Below are positions 1 through 9,434 of a stretch of 18,291 bases of DNA, piece after piece. How positions within the stretch are numbered: position 1 is the first letter of the stretch; each line of letters begins with the position of its first letter. A program made the position numbers and the translations under genes. The notes under the pieces were generated by a model, which was not told the DNA's origin, did not search any database, and saw only the letters and a program-made list of their open reading frames with translations. Location: the NCBI GenBank assembly GCA_044345055.1, contig JBIJBT010000056.1:1-18291 (forward strand). The letters are read 5' to 3'. Origin of the DNA: Bdellovibrionota bacterium. Lineage in GTDB: Bacteria > Bdellovibrionota_C > UBA2361 > OMIW01.

Positions 1-2
1 GA

Positions 3-449
3 GTTCCGCGTCGTTTAATCCCCTCTGGACTGATCGCGGGAAGTATTGCAGAGCGTTTTGCCAAAATGGAAGAATCACTTGCGGTAGTAAAGAGCACACC
101 GCTGATATTCCTCCGAGCCCTTTTTTTCTCGATTTTTTTTCACCTATTTACGATAGTGAATACCCAGGTTGCAGCGTGGGTCGTCGGGGCCCCTCTTATT
201 AACTGGATTGATCTTGCCGTGGTTGTCCCTCTAATTCTTTTGATAGGTGGGTTGCCGCTTACTCCCAGTGGACTCGGTATACAGGAAGGTGCATGGGTGT
301 ACTTTCTTGGCTATGCGGGCGTATCGCCTGCGCATAGCCTTGCAATTAGTATTGTGCTTCGCGCAAAAACATATCTCCTTAGCTTGTTGGGAGGAGTGAT
401 CCTCGCACGAGATCGGGGATGGAGAGGTGGTTGGTCTAAAGTAGATTAG
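3..449 (+). CDS. Lysylphosphatidylglycerol-synthase-TM / flippase-like membrane protein, C-terminal part (5' truncated by window)
   Basis: The frame is open from nt 3, upstream of the ATG at 66. Hydrophobic helices with the motif LPLTPSGLGIQEGAWVYFL, typical of the LPG_synthase_TM/UPF0104 family (P-x-TP-x-GLG-x-x-E). Stop overlaps the convergent gene's stop at 446-449. Confidence 0.8.
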   Translation, partial: VPRRLIPSGLIAGSIAERFAKMEESLAVVKSTPLIFLRALFFSIFFHLFTIVNTQVAAWVVGAPLINWIDLAVVVPLILLIGGLPLTPSGLGIQEGAWVYFLGYAGVSPAHSLAISIVLRAKTYLLSLLGGVILARDRGWRGGWSKVD

Positions 450-2320
450 AAAGCAGCATCAAGACATTTCTCCGGTGGAGCACGAAATCGAGTAATCACC
501 GCTGTGCGATCTGCTCTTTGTGGTGATACACCCGCTTTGTGTGTCGGCTCGAGAAATTCCTCGTAGTGCTCTACCGTTATTCCCTCGTTACGCGCATCGT
601 CAACGACTTTAGGCACAGTCAACAGCCATGTGCCACAAGGAACTTTCCCCCGTTCGTCTTCTTTGGCCAAAAGTTGCGCTACCTCGGGCACAGAGTTTGC
701 GAGTAGCGGCGAGAGAAGCTGATCGTGTCCCCGAGAAATAAGTTTTACCCTTACTGGAACACGCGAATAATATATAATTGGATCAAGATATTCTTCGGCG
801 AGCTCCTTGAATACGACTATCGTCGGTGTAGCTGATCCAGAGCTCATTTGGTAAGTTGATAAGGTATTAAATCGGGAAATTATTTCATCCGTTCGATTTG
901 GAAAATCCTTTACGGTATTTTTTATCCCAAGACCAATAGCAATAATCATGAGGGGAACTATCCCCACAATAACAGAGAGACGTGATAATCGATCTCCCCG
1001 CTCCTGCAACCGAAACCGAACTCCTCCCGCTAATAACCATACAATACCGATTATTAATGCAGAGGAGAGAAACCACTGATTAAGAAACGGTAAAATCGGG
1101 TCGGCCCGTTTGAATGACCACCATTTAGAAATAAGACCAAAGAGCGTAGCAAGTAAGAGAGGAGGAACCGCAAGGAGGAAAAGTTCCAAGACTGAATACC
1201 AGCGCCACAACTTTTCACGCGCTGATTCAGAGAATCGACGAAGCTCCCACGCGATATAATGAGCAGTCATGACAGCAAGTGGGGGGAGTAACGGCAACAG
1301 GTATGAGTGCCGTTTGCCCTCAGAAACGGAAAAAATTGTAAGGCAAAAAAAAACTGCGACGAGCAACACCCGCATCTCTTTTCGATTATAACCCCTCCGC
1401 ACAAGCGATATGAGAAACAGTATTGACCAAGGAAAAACAGTCCGAACAAGCGAGGGTCCATAAAACCACCACGGCTGACCATCGATCCAACCTCCACCTG
1501 AAACCCGATCTATGTTTTCAAAGATAAATCGCTCAAGAAACGGCACGCCCCAGTGGAGCGCGGCGGGTATATACCAGAGAAAGGGCAATATGATAGCGAT
1601 GATGGAGAGGATTGGTGGAATTAAAAACCAACGTATCGCGCTCCATAGGCCGAGCCGCATCCAGAGAGCGAGAAAGAGGACACCTGTCGGAAAGACAAGC
1701 CCCACAACGCCTCTAGCTAAAATCGCTAAACCTATCAGGAACCAAAATAGAGATTCAACACCCCACCCCCTCTTACGCCATGTGGTTTTATCTCGGGTAA
1801 AGGGAAGTATGACCGATAGGCTTAAGGTTGATAGAGCTACAAAAAGCATATCAACCCTCGCATTTATCGCGAGATTCATGAATAGATGAGCCGAGAGGAC
1901 TGTAAGAAGCGAGAGCCGTACGACGCCCCAATCCGCTGAACCATCGTCACGCGCTTCAGATGGGTTAATCCACCATCTGCTGGTGAATACTCGGGCGAGC
2001 CTCATAGTCGCCAACGCAACAACCGCGCCCGATAAAATTGATACAATTCTTCCGACCCACGGCGCGGTGCTACCGGTCAGAAATCCTAATACACCACCAA
2101 ACCAGTGATAGAGAGGAGGCTTTGAGGGAATAATCCCGGCACGTGTCGGAAAGAGCCAGTTACCGTTGAGCACGATATCCGCAATAACGTGCGCTTCTCG
2201 AGCTTCCGATGAACTTGCGATAGGGTAGGGAATAACCAGCAGAATGGCAGATATTGTCCACAGTGCGATTAGAATATGACAATGAGATTTTTCCGAGATT
2301 TGATTCATTTTCGTATTCAA
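446..2320 (-). CDS. ArnT/PMT-family (GT-C fold) polyprenyl-phosphate-sugar glycosyltransferase
   Basis: 624-aa polytopic membrane protein with ArnT-like motifs SEAREAHV, GNWLFP, KPPLYHW, ARVDM, LARG, QPWWFY and KRHSYLLPLLPPLA. The start is TTG at 2320 or ATG at 2308. Confidence 0.85.
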   Translation of the reverse strand: MNTKMNQISEKSHCHILIALWTISAILLVIPYPIASSSEAREAHVIADIVLNGNWLFPTRAGIIPSKPPLYHWFGGVLGFLTGSTAPWVGRIVSILSGAVVALATMRLARVFTSRWWINPSEARDDGSADWGVVRLSLLTVLSAHLFMNLAINARVDMLFVALSTLSLSVILPFTRDKTTWRKRGWGVESLFWFLIGLAILARGVVGLVFPTGVLFLALWMRLGLWSAIRWFLIPPILSIIAIILPFLWYIPAALHWGVPFLERFIFENIDRVSGGGWIDGQPWWFYGPSLVRTVFPWSILFLISLVRRGYNRKEMRVLLVAVFFCLTIFSVSEGKRHSYLLPLLPPLAVMTAHYIAWELRRFSESAREKLWRWYSVLELFLLAVPPLLLATLFGLISKWWSFKRADPILPFLNQWFLSSALIIGIVWLLAGGVRFRLQERGDRLSRLSVIVGIVPLMIIAIGLGIKNTVKDFPNRTDEIISRFNTLSTYQMSSGSATPTIVVFKELAEEYLDPIIYYSRVPVRVKLISRGHDQLLSPLLANSVPEVAQLLAKEDERGKVPCGTWLLTVPKVVDDARNEGITVEHYEEFLEPTHKAGVSPQRADRTAVITRFRAPPEKCLDAAF

Positions 2321-2362
2321 ATTTCATTTCTTCTAGAACTGATGGCGTTCCCGACAAGCTTC

Positions 2363-3028
2363 TCACCGATTAACCTTCGTTCGGCGATACTCACGCAACA
2401 CCTCAATAAAAGGTGGAAGGATCGAAATTATAATTATCCCAAGAATAACAAGCTCGAAATTCTTTTTTACAAAGGGCACTTCTCCAAAAAGATAACCTGC
2501 TCCCACTAAGAGTACGACCCAAAGAATACCTCCTACTGCATTATAGAGGCCAAAAGTGCGGTAATTCATCCGTCCCACACCCGCTAAAAATGGTGCAAAT
2601 GTTCGCACAATCGGGACGAATCGGGCGATTACTATCGTTTTGTTACCGTATCGTTCGTAGAACTGCTCCGTTTTCCTGAGGTACTGGGGTCGAAATATTT
2701 TGGATTTCGGATTGGAGAACGCCTTGCTTCCTAACCTCCGGCCTATCGCGTAATTTACCGAGTCCCCGAGGATCGCAGCGATTATAAGCGACCAGATCAG
2801 GGTTGTTACCGAGAGTGCCGTACCGCCCGTCGTGCTCGAGACAGTTGAGAGAGCTCCCGCAGCAAACAAGAGCGAATCCCCCGGAAGAAAGGGAGTTACC
2901 ACTACCCCCGTTTCGAGGAAAATGATCCCAAATAGAATGAGGTAGGTAAGCGTGCCGTATGTCTCGCAGATCATTGCAAGGTGCTGGTCGAGATGGCGGA
3001 AGATATCGAGTATTGTTCCAAGGTCCAT
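2363..3028 (-). CDS. dedA: DedA family membrane protein
   Basis: Motifs FLETGVVVTPFLPGDSLLFAAG, AAILGDSVNYAIG, ARFVPIVRTFAPFLAG and YNAVGGILWV. Confidence 0.95.
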   Translation of the reverse strand: MDLGTILDIFRHLDQHLAMICETYGTLTYLILFGIIFLETGVVVTPFLPGDSLLFAAGALSTVSSTTGGTALSVTTLIWSLIIAAILGDSVNYAIGRRLGSKAFSNPKSKIFRPQYLRKTEQFYERYGNKTIVIARFVPIVRTFAPFLAGVGRMNYRTFGLYNAVGGILWVVLLVGAGYLFGEVPFVKKNFELVILGIIIISILPPFIEVLREYRRTKVNR

Positions 3029-3202
3029 GTGAGTGTTGCGCTTAGGATAGTATCGTCGGATAGTTTAGCTGTAGTTGAAGGGGCTGGGCATTACGAATGC
3101 TGCAATTTGGTGCACCCTTTCTGTTCGTGATGGTAGCAGAGAAAGAGGTTTCAGGAATAGCTGTCGCGAATCGGGCGTTAGGAGAGAGGAGAAGAATTCA
3201 AG

Positions 3203-4150
3203 ATGACGCAGATTAAAAAGATTCGTTTATCTCTTGGTGCGCTGTTTCTTTATTACGCACTCTTTGGTGTAGCTCTTCTTTTTTTGCCGTCCTCGCAATT
3301 TCCCCTTATAGGTTTAGATAGCACCACCGCCGCATGGCCGCTTCGCTTGGCTGCAGTAATGGTGTGTGCGTTCGGTGTGGGTATACTTCTTCCGATGCAG
3401 TCGCCCCTTAAACATTGGGGCATGACGGCGCTGATTGCAGCAGGGCAGCTAGTTATGCCACTAACTACGGTGCTACTGATTAAGGTAGGCGACCTTCCCG
3501 CGAGCGTGGGGGTGCCGATGGCGTCTGTTGATCTTCTTTTTCTTTTCGCGGCTCTTCTTGCAGTAAAGTGGACGATCAATCTTCACGCATCTTCTCAGCT
3601 AACACTCGATAAATCATCAAAAGCTGGCGTTGATTCATCAATGATTGTGCCACTACTTGAAGTTGTACCCAACGGAACTTCCCGCTCTATAAAAGAGCTT
3701 TCTCACGAGGGGCCAGTTTTAATGTTGCTGCTCCGCCATCTTGGATGCACCTTCTGTCGTGAGACCCTGTCAAAAATTAGCGAAAATCGCCAGACTCTCG
3801 AGGCCCACTATCGGAGCATAGTTATTGTCTCAATGAGTCCAATGGAGGAGATGATTCCGTTACGAAAACATTATCAGCTAGAGGATGTCCTCCTTTTAAG
3901 CGACCCTGAGAGAACTTTTTATCGTGCCTTACAAATTCCTGTTGGCTCTTTTTCTCAAACGCTTGGTTGGAAAACCCTAAAACGGGGCCTTTTCTCTGGC
4001 CTCCTATTCCGACACGGCATCGGCCCAGTTCGTGCGGACCCTTTTCAGCTTCCTGGTTCCGCGGTCATTGAGAAGGGCGGGGTAGTATGGTCTAAGCCGG
4101 CAGCCGATGCATCGGAGTCCCTCTCAACGGGCGGTGTGTGCTCTCTATAG
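3203..4150 (+). CDS. Membrane-anchored peroxiredoxin-like redox protein (N-terminal ~4 TM + AhpC/TSA_2, SelL-related thioredoxin fold)
   Basis: C-terminal domain has LLRHLGCTFCRE (CxxC), SDPERTFYRAL and DPFQLPG. The first ~125 aa are hydrophobic. Purine-rich RBS region upstream (AGGAGAGAGGAG). Confidence 0.8.
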   Translation: MTQIKKIRLSLGALFLYYALFGVALLFLPSSQFPLIGLDSTTAAWPLRLAAVMVCAFGVGILLPMQSPLKHWGMTALIAAGQLVMPLTTVLLIKVGDLPASVGVPMASVDLLFLFAALLAVKWTINLHASSQLTLDKSSKAGVDSSMIVPLLEVVPNGTSRSIKELSHEGPVLMLLLRHLGCTFCRETLSKISENRQTLEAHYRSIVIVSMSPMEEMIPLRKHYQLEDVLLLSDPERTFYRALQIPVGSFSQTLGWKTLKRGLFSGLLFRHGIGPVRADPFQLPGSAVIEKGGVVWSKPAADASESLSTGGVCSL

Positions 4151-4203
4151 CAATTCATTCTGCTATAAAATGTGTGGGGCGCGATGACCACGCCCCACAA
4201 AAA
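4146..4203. terminator. Hairpins between convergent genes; probable intrinsic terminator, likely for clpB
   Basis: 9-bp perfect stem TGTGGGGCG (4173-4181) / CGCCCCACA (4191-4199), followed on the minus strand by CATTTTAT. Second 7-bp stem TATAGCA (4146-4152) / TGCTATA (4161-4167). Confidence 0.65.
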
Positions 4204-4219
4204 GTCGCCTCCCGTCTTA

Positions 4220-6850
4220 TTACTGCAACGCAAATCCCGGGCTATCGAAAGCAAGCTCAGTACCGAACGAAAGCTCACCATCCTGGACTCCGACATAGAT
4301 CGTTTGTCCATCCTGAATATCGCCTGCGATTAACTTCCTTCCGATCTTTGTCTCGAGTTCTCGCTGAATATAACGCTTGAGTGGCCGCGCTCCGAATGAT
4401 GGATCGTAGGCCGTTTCTGCGATGAGTCGGCAAGCCGCCTCTGAAACCTCAAGTCGAATATCGCGATCCCTTAATCGAGATGTAACATCGGCAAGCTGTA
4501 GCTTCACGATCTCTGCCATATCAACGATACTCAGCGGTTTGAAGAGCACCACTTCATCGATTCGGTTCAAAAACTCCGGCCGAAAGGTTCGGCGCAGCTC
4601 GGCCTGAACCTGTGCCTGCGCTTCATCCGAAATCTCCCCATCCGCGCCAATCCCCTCAAGGAGAAATGGCGAGCCGATATTCGAGGTAAGAATGATCACG
4701 GTGTTTTTGAAATCAACAGTACGTCCCTGCGAGTCCGTTATACGGCCATCGTCTAGCACCTGTAGCAAGATATGAAATACCTCTGGATGGGCTTTTTCGA
4801 TCTCATCAAAAAGCACAACCGAATATGGACGACGACGAACGGCCTCGGTGAGTTGGCCACCCTCCTCATACCCAACATACCCGGGAGGGGCTCCAATAAG
4901 TCGAGATACGGAGTGCTTCTCCATGTACTCGCTCATATCGATTCGCACGACACTCTCTTCAGTATCAAAAAGAGTAGAGGCGAGAGATTTCGCAAGCTCC
5001 GTTTTTCCGACACCAGTAGGGCCCAAAAATAGGAACGAACCGATCGGCTTCCTTGGGTCCTTAATTCCTGAGCGTGCACGAATAACGGCATCAGCAACAA
5101 CCTGCACCGCATCTTCTTGCCCGATGACCCTTTCGTGAAGTATCCGATCGAGACTAAGGAGTTTATCTCGCTCACCCTGAACCAGCCGCGTTACCGGAAT
5201 ACCGGTCCACCGCGCAACTATCTCAGCGATCTCCTCCTCGGTTACCTCCTCTCGGAGCAATTTTGCTTCACTACCGCACCGCTCTTGTTCATCTATTAGA
5301 TTTTTTTGAAGTCCTGGAAGTACTCCGTGCTGAAGCTCTGCGAGCCTATTCAGATCGTACGAGCGTTCCGCTTTTTCAATATCGCGGCGAACCCGTTCAA
5401 TCTCCTCGCGAAGGTGTTGAACTTTGTTTATACCAGCTTTCTCAGCTTGCCACTGCGCATTCATCTGCGCAGAGTCTTCTTTGAGATCTGCAATCTCTTT
5501 TTCAACACCCTTGAGCCGCTCACCGCTCGCTCTATCGGTCTCTTTTTTGAGCGCGGCCTGTTCAATCTCAAGCTGCATGATCCGACGCGTTACTTCATCA
5601 AGTTCTGCTGGCATCGAATCGATCTCGGTCCGAATCGTTGCGCATGCTTCATCAACGAGATCTATGGCTTTGTCTGGAAGAAACCGATCGCCGATATACC
5701 GATTGGATAGTGTTGCTGCAGCGACAAGGGAAGAGTCGAGAATTCGAACACCGTGATGAAGTTCAAACCGCTCCTTCACCCCTCGCAGGATTGAGATCGT
5801 ATCCTCAACACTTGGCTCACTCACCATCACGGGTTGAAACCGTCGCTCGAGGGCAGCATCTTTTTCAATATGTTTCCGATATTCATCGAGTGTTGTTGCG
5901 CCGATGCAGTGGAGCTCTCCTCGCGCCAGCATCGGTTTAAGCATATTGCCTGCATCCATCGCACCTTCGGCCTTTCCGGCACCAACTATGGTGTGCAGTT
6001 CATCGATAAAAAGAATAATTCGGCCCTCTGATTGACGAACTTCCTGCAAAACCGCCTTTAATCGCTCCTCGAACTCTCCTCGATATTTTGCACCTGCGAT
6101 CAACGCTCCCATATCGAGCGAGAAAACAGTTCGCTCCTTTAGTCCTTCTGGAACGTCGCCCCGTACGATTCGATGGGCTAATCCCTCGACAATCGCAGTT
6201 TTACCAACGCCCGGTTCGCCGATCAAAACTGGATTATTTTTCGTTTTTCTCGAGAGTATTCGAATAACCCGCCGAATCTCGCTATCTCGGCCTATAACAG
6301 GATCTAATTTTCCTTTACTCGCTTCTTTGACAAGATCGCGACCATATTTCTCGAGCGCTTCGTAGGTTGCTTCGGGGTTAGCACTTTGAACCCGTTGCCC
6401 GCCACGAATCGAGGTAAGAGTTGTAAGAACTTTCTCTCGAGAAACTCCAAGACCTTTGAGTATACGGCCTGCAGGCCCTCTATCACCCTCCTCAATAAGC
6501 GCCAAAAAGAGGTGTTCTACCGAGATGTATTCATCGTGAAGATGCTTTGCTTCTTCCTCTGCTGATGCAAGGAGACGCTGAACATGTTGGCTAATATAAG
6601 TCTTCCCCGGCTCAACAGCTCCGCTACTAACACTCGGTTTTCTCCTCAGCGCTCGCTCTGTTTCCTCAGAGATCACTTTTGGCTCAATACCAAGTTTGGT
6701 TAGTAACCGAGGGATGATTCCTCCCTCCTGAGCAATTAGGGATAATAGTAGATGATCGGTATCAATCTCTGGACTTTTTCTTTCAAAAGCCAATTTCTGT
6801 GCATGCTGAAGCGCCTCTTGGGCCTTTTCGGTGAATCTTTGGCCTGTCAT
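4220..6850 (-). CDS. clpB: ATP-dependent chaperone ClpB
   Basis: 876 aa with Clp_N repeats, two Walker A motifs ([16 protein letters not shown]), [13 protein letters not shown], a long coiled-coil M domain and [22 protein letters not shown] upstream. Confidence 0.98.
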   Translation of the reverse strand: MTGQRFTEKAQEALQHAQKLAFERKSPEIDTDHLLLSLIAQEGGIIPRLLTKLGIEPKVISEETERALRRKPSVSSGAVEPGKTYISQHVQRLLASAEEEAKHLHDEYISVEHLFLALIEEGDRGPAGRILKGLGVSREKVLTTLTSIRGGQRVQSANPEATYEALEKYGRDLVKEASKGKLDPVIGRDSEIRRVIRILSRKTKNNPVLIGEPGVGKTAIVEGLAHRIVRGDVPEGLKERTVFSLDMGALIAGAKYRGEFEERLKAVLQEVRQSEGRIILFIDELHTIVGAGKAEGAMDAGNMLKPMLARGELHCIGATTLDEYRKHIEKDAALERRFQPVMVSEPSVEDTISILRGVKERFELHHGVRILDSSLVAAATLSNRYIGDRFLPDKAIDLVDEACATIRTEIDSMPAELDEVTRRIMQLEIEQAALKKETDRASGERLKGVEKEIADLKEDSAQMNAQWQAEKAGINKVQHLREEIERVRRDIEKAERSYDLNRLAELQHGVLPGLQKNLIDEQERCGSEAKLLREEVTEEEIAEIVARWTGIPVTRLVQGERDKLLSLDRILHERVIGQEDAVQVVADAVIRARSGIKDPRKPIGSFLFLGPTGVGKTELAKSLASTLFDTEESVVRIDMSEYMEKHSVSRLIGAPPGYVGYEEGGQLTEAVRRRPYSVVLFDEIEKAHPEVFHILLQVLDDGRITDSQGRTVDFKNTVIILTSNIGSPFLLEGIGADGEISDEAQAQVQAELRRTFRPEFLNRIDEVVLFKPLSIVDMAEIVKLQLADVTSRLRDRDIRLEVSEAACRLIAETAYDPSFGARPLKRYIQRELETKIGRKLIAGDIQDGQTIYVGVQDGELSFGTELAFDSPGFALQ

Positions 6851-7051
6851 TGAGTGTCCCCCTAAACGCTACGATGCCGCCTACCTTTTTAGTAGGCAGT
6901 AGGTAATACAAAGTCTCTTTAATCCTCTATTAAGCAGTTATAAGAGAATTTCAATGGGGAAATTTTGAGAAGATAAAAACCGTCGATTGCGTAACAAAGA
7001 CGTATAGCTTGCGTCCTAAAAAATAACCTTTAATTAACCCGAGTTAATACC

Positions 7052-7495
7052 TCAACCACCACTTCGCTTCGCAGCAACCGCGCTACGCACCCACGAGATA
7101 ATATCTTCTGTCCGGGCGCCTGGTCCAAAAAGTTCACTCACCCCTTCACGTTTGAGCATTTCGATATCATCTTTGGGAATAATGCCACCGCCAAAAACAA
7201 TGATATCCCCCGCATCCTCCGCGCGGAGCAACGACATCACAGCTGGAAAAAGGGTGAGGTGAGCTCCTGAAAGAATGCTCATTCCGATACAATCAACATC
7301 TTCCTGAATAGCGCTACGCACTATCATTTCAGGCGATTGATGAAGCCCTGTGTAAATAACCTCCATTCCCGCATCGCGGAGTGCGCGGGCTACTACTTTC
7401 GCGCCTCTATCGTGCCCATCGAGACCTGGTTTTGCGATAAGTACTCGGATAGGAGAATCTTCATCCTCGATCGTGGTCTCTTTCGTTTCTGTCAT
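7052..7495 (-). CDS. icmB: Cobalamin-binding small subunit of acyl-CoA mutase (IcmB-like)
   Basis: B12-binding motif [12 protein letters not shown] (DxHxxG), SILSGAH and GGGIIP. RBS AAAGGAG. The symbol is inferred from the partner subunit's specificity residues. Confidence 0.85.
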   Translation of the reverse strand: MTETKETTIEDEDSPIRVLIAKPGLDGHDRGAKVVARALRDAGMEVIYTGLHQSPEMIVRSAIQEDVDCIGMSILSGAHLTLFPAVMSLLRAEDAGDIIVFGGGIIPKDDIEMLKREGVSELFGPGARTEDIISWVRSAVAAKRSGG

Positions 7496-7537
7496 CGAAG
7501 CTCCTTTGCTTCCATCGAGTTTTATAAATGCTCGATT

Positions 7538-7742
7538 TTAACTATTCACCCCTATAATTCCCAATAACCTCCCATAACCCCTTAGGGGTGGCGGGTGAAA
7601 GCCCGCCGGGGGGAAACAACTAACTATTCAGCAAAAAACTGCCGACGAGCGTTGAGCGAGTCGAGCCACCCAAATCACCACCGTGTCTCATGTTTTTTTG
7701 TCTTTCGAATGACTCCCTTAAAAAGGTGGGCTGAATAGTTAC
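7538..7742. mobile_element. MITE-like non-autonomous insertion (~205 bp) with target-site duplication
   Basis: Inverted ends TAACTATTCAcCCC (7539-7552) and GGGcTGAATAGTTA (7728-7741) match 13/14. Flanking direct repeat GCTCGATT at 7530-7537 and 7743-7750. Internal third end TAACTATTCAGC at 7621-7632. No coding capacity. Confidence 0.7.
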
Positions 7743-7760
7743 GCTCGATTTTAACTCTTA

Positions 7761-9422
7761 CTAAAAGGTGCCAGGGTCTCGATATTCTCCAAACGCAGAG
7801 CGAAAGAGATCTGAGACCTCGCCGAGAGTGACTCCATTATCAACCGCATCAATCAACGGTTCCATGATATTGGCGCCCGAACGACACCGTTCCTCGAGGC
7901 GCGCCAAAGACTCAGCGTGGCGTTGTTGGTCGCGCGAAGCCTTAAAGTGGAGCAATCGTTCCCGTTGATCGCGCTCTATTGAGGTGTCAATGGTGTGGGT
8001 GGGAATCGGTTGTTCGGTTTGATCGATATACCTGTTTACCCCCACCTGAATCTCCTCGAGTCGTTCCACCTTGAGCTGAAAGTGATACGCGGACTCTGCG
8101 ATCTCGTGTTGAGGATATCCTAGTTGAACAGCTCGCAACATCCCACCAAAGCTGTCTATCTTCTCGATGTATTGCATCGCCTCTTTTTCTATCTCATCAG
8201 TAAGCTGCTCGATATAAAAGGAACCACCAAGAGGATCGACCGTATTAGTTACCCCTGTTTCCTCCGCGATAATCTGTTGCGTCCTCAACGCAACTTTTAC
8301 CGCCTCTTCAGTAGGTAGTGAAAGAGTTTCATCCATCGAATTTGTGTGAAGCGATTGAACTCCACCAAGCACCGCAGCAAGCGCCTGAATCGCAACACGG
8401 GCGACATTATTCACCGGTTGTTGCGCGGTAAGGCTTACTCCCGCAGTCTGCGCATGGGTGCGGAGCATCATTGATTTCGGATCACGAGCACCAAATCGAT
8501 CGCGCATTAACCGAGCCCATATTCGACGCGCTGCACGAAACTTTGCGATCTCCTCGAAAAAGTCGTTATGCACATCAAAAAAGAACGAGAGCCGGGGCGC
8601 AAAATCATCAATCGCCATTCCGCGATTGAGACACTCCTCAACATAGCCAACGCCATCAGCAATCGTAAAAGCAAGCTCCTGCACCGCCGTAGCACCAGCT
8701 TCTCTAATGTGATATCCGCTGATGCTAATAGGATTAAACCGCGGAGCATGGCTCGCACAAAATTGAATGACATCACAGGCAAGCCTAACCGAGGGTTCAG
8801 GCGGGGATATCCACTCTTTCTGCGCGATAAACTCCTTGAACATGTCGTTCTGGATCGTTCCGCCCAATCTGTCGAGCGGGATACCGCGACGACGAGCAAC
8901 CGCAAAGTACATCGCGAGCGCAATCGGAGCGGTGCAATTGATCGTCATTGAGGTTGTCACGGAGCCAAGGTCGATCCCCGCAAATAACCGCTCCATATCC
9001 TCTATCGATGAGACTGAAACCCCCTCTCTGCCGACTTCGCCTAGTGAACGTTTATGATCGGCGTCGTACCCCATCAGCGATGGCATATCGAATGCGGTGG
9101 ATAGCCCGGTTTGACCCTGCTCAAGAAGATACCGAAAACGCCGATTCGTATCCTCCGGCGATCCAAATCCCGCAAACTGCCGCATCGTCCACAGGCGGCC
9201 CCGATACATCGTCGGATGAATTCCTCGGGTATATGGAAACTCACCCGGATATCCGAGTGAGTCGTGTGAATCTAGATTTGCCCGATCTTCCCAAGAAACA
9301 AGGGGAGGTTGCTCGCGAAAGCTTATCGAATCAAATCTTTTTTTTCGCTCCAGTTGCTTCCCGTAAACCTGAGCTCGCCAGGTGGCACGATCAGGTGAGC
9401 CATTTTTTTTTTGCTCTGTCAT
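7761..9422 (-). CDS. icmA: B12-dependent acyl-CoA mutase large (substrate-binding) subunit, isobutyryl-CoA mutase-like
   Basis: MM_CoA_mutase motifs [43 protein letters not shown] and [10 protein letters not shown]. No C-terminal B12 domain. Specificity positions are Phe83 and Gln201. Family assignment is firm; substrate is inferred. Confidence 0.85.
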   Translation of the reverse strand: MTEQKKNGSPDRATWRAQVYGKQLERKKRFDSISFREQPPLVSWEDRANLDSHDSLGYPGEFPYTRGIHPTMYRGRLWTMRQFAGFGSPEDTNRRFRYLLEQGQTGLSTAFDMPSLMGYDADHKRSLGEVGREGVSVSSIEDMERLFAGIDLGSVTTSMTINCTAPIALAMYFAVARRRGIPLDRLGGTIQNDMFKEFIAQKEWISPPEPSVRLACDVIQFCASHAPRFNPISISGYHIREAGATAVQELAFTIADGVGYVEECLNRGMAIDDFAPRLSFFFDVHNDFFEEIAKFRAARRIWARLMRDRFGARDPKSMMLRTHAQTAGVSLTAQQPVNNVARVAIQALAAVLGGVQSLHTNSMDETLSLPTEEAVKVALRTQQIIAEETGVTNTVDPLGGSFYIEQLTDEIEKEAMQYIEKIDSFGGMLRAVQLGYPQHEIAESAYHFQLKVERLEEIQVGVNRYIDQTEQPIPTHTIDTSIERDQRERLLHFKASRDQQRHAESLARLEERCRSGANIMEPLIDAVDNGVTLGEVSDLFRSAFGEYRDPGTF

Positions 9423-9434
9423 GCCGAACCCTCC

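Noticed and set aside
3735..4170. Selenocysteine or pyrrolysine recoding in the SelL-like gene
   Set aside because: Both active-site codons are Cys (TGC, TGT). The TAG follows a complete domain, and the adjacent hairpins fit a terminator.
6851..7051. CIRCE, HAIR or sigma32 heat-shock control of clpB
   Set aside because: No TTAGCACTC-N9-GAGTGCTAA or CTTGAGT-N7-ACTCAAG. A minus-strand TTGAAA is present but has no properly spaced CCCCAT downstream. The short hairpins at 6879-6897 and 7033-7048 are too weak to assign.
7496..7760. Cobalamin riboswitch between the B12 mutase subunit genes
   Set aside because: No B12-box or GCCACTG-type core found on the minus strand. The inverted ends and target duplication explain the region better as an insertion.
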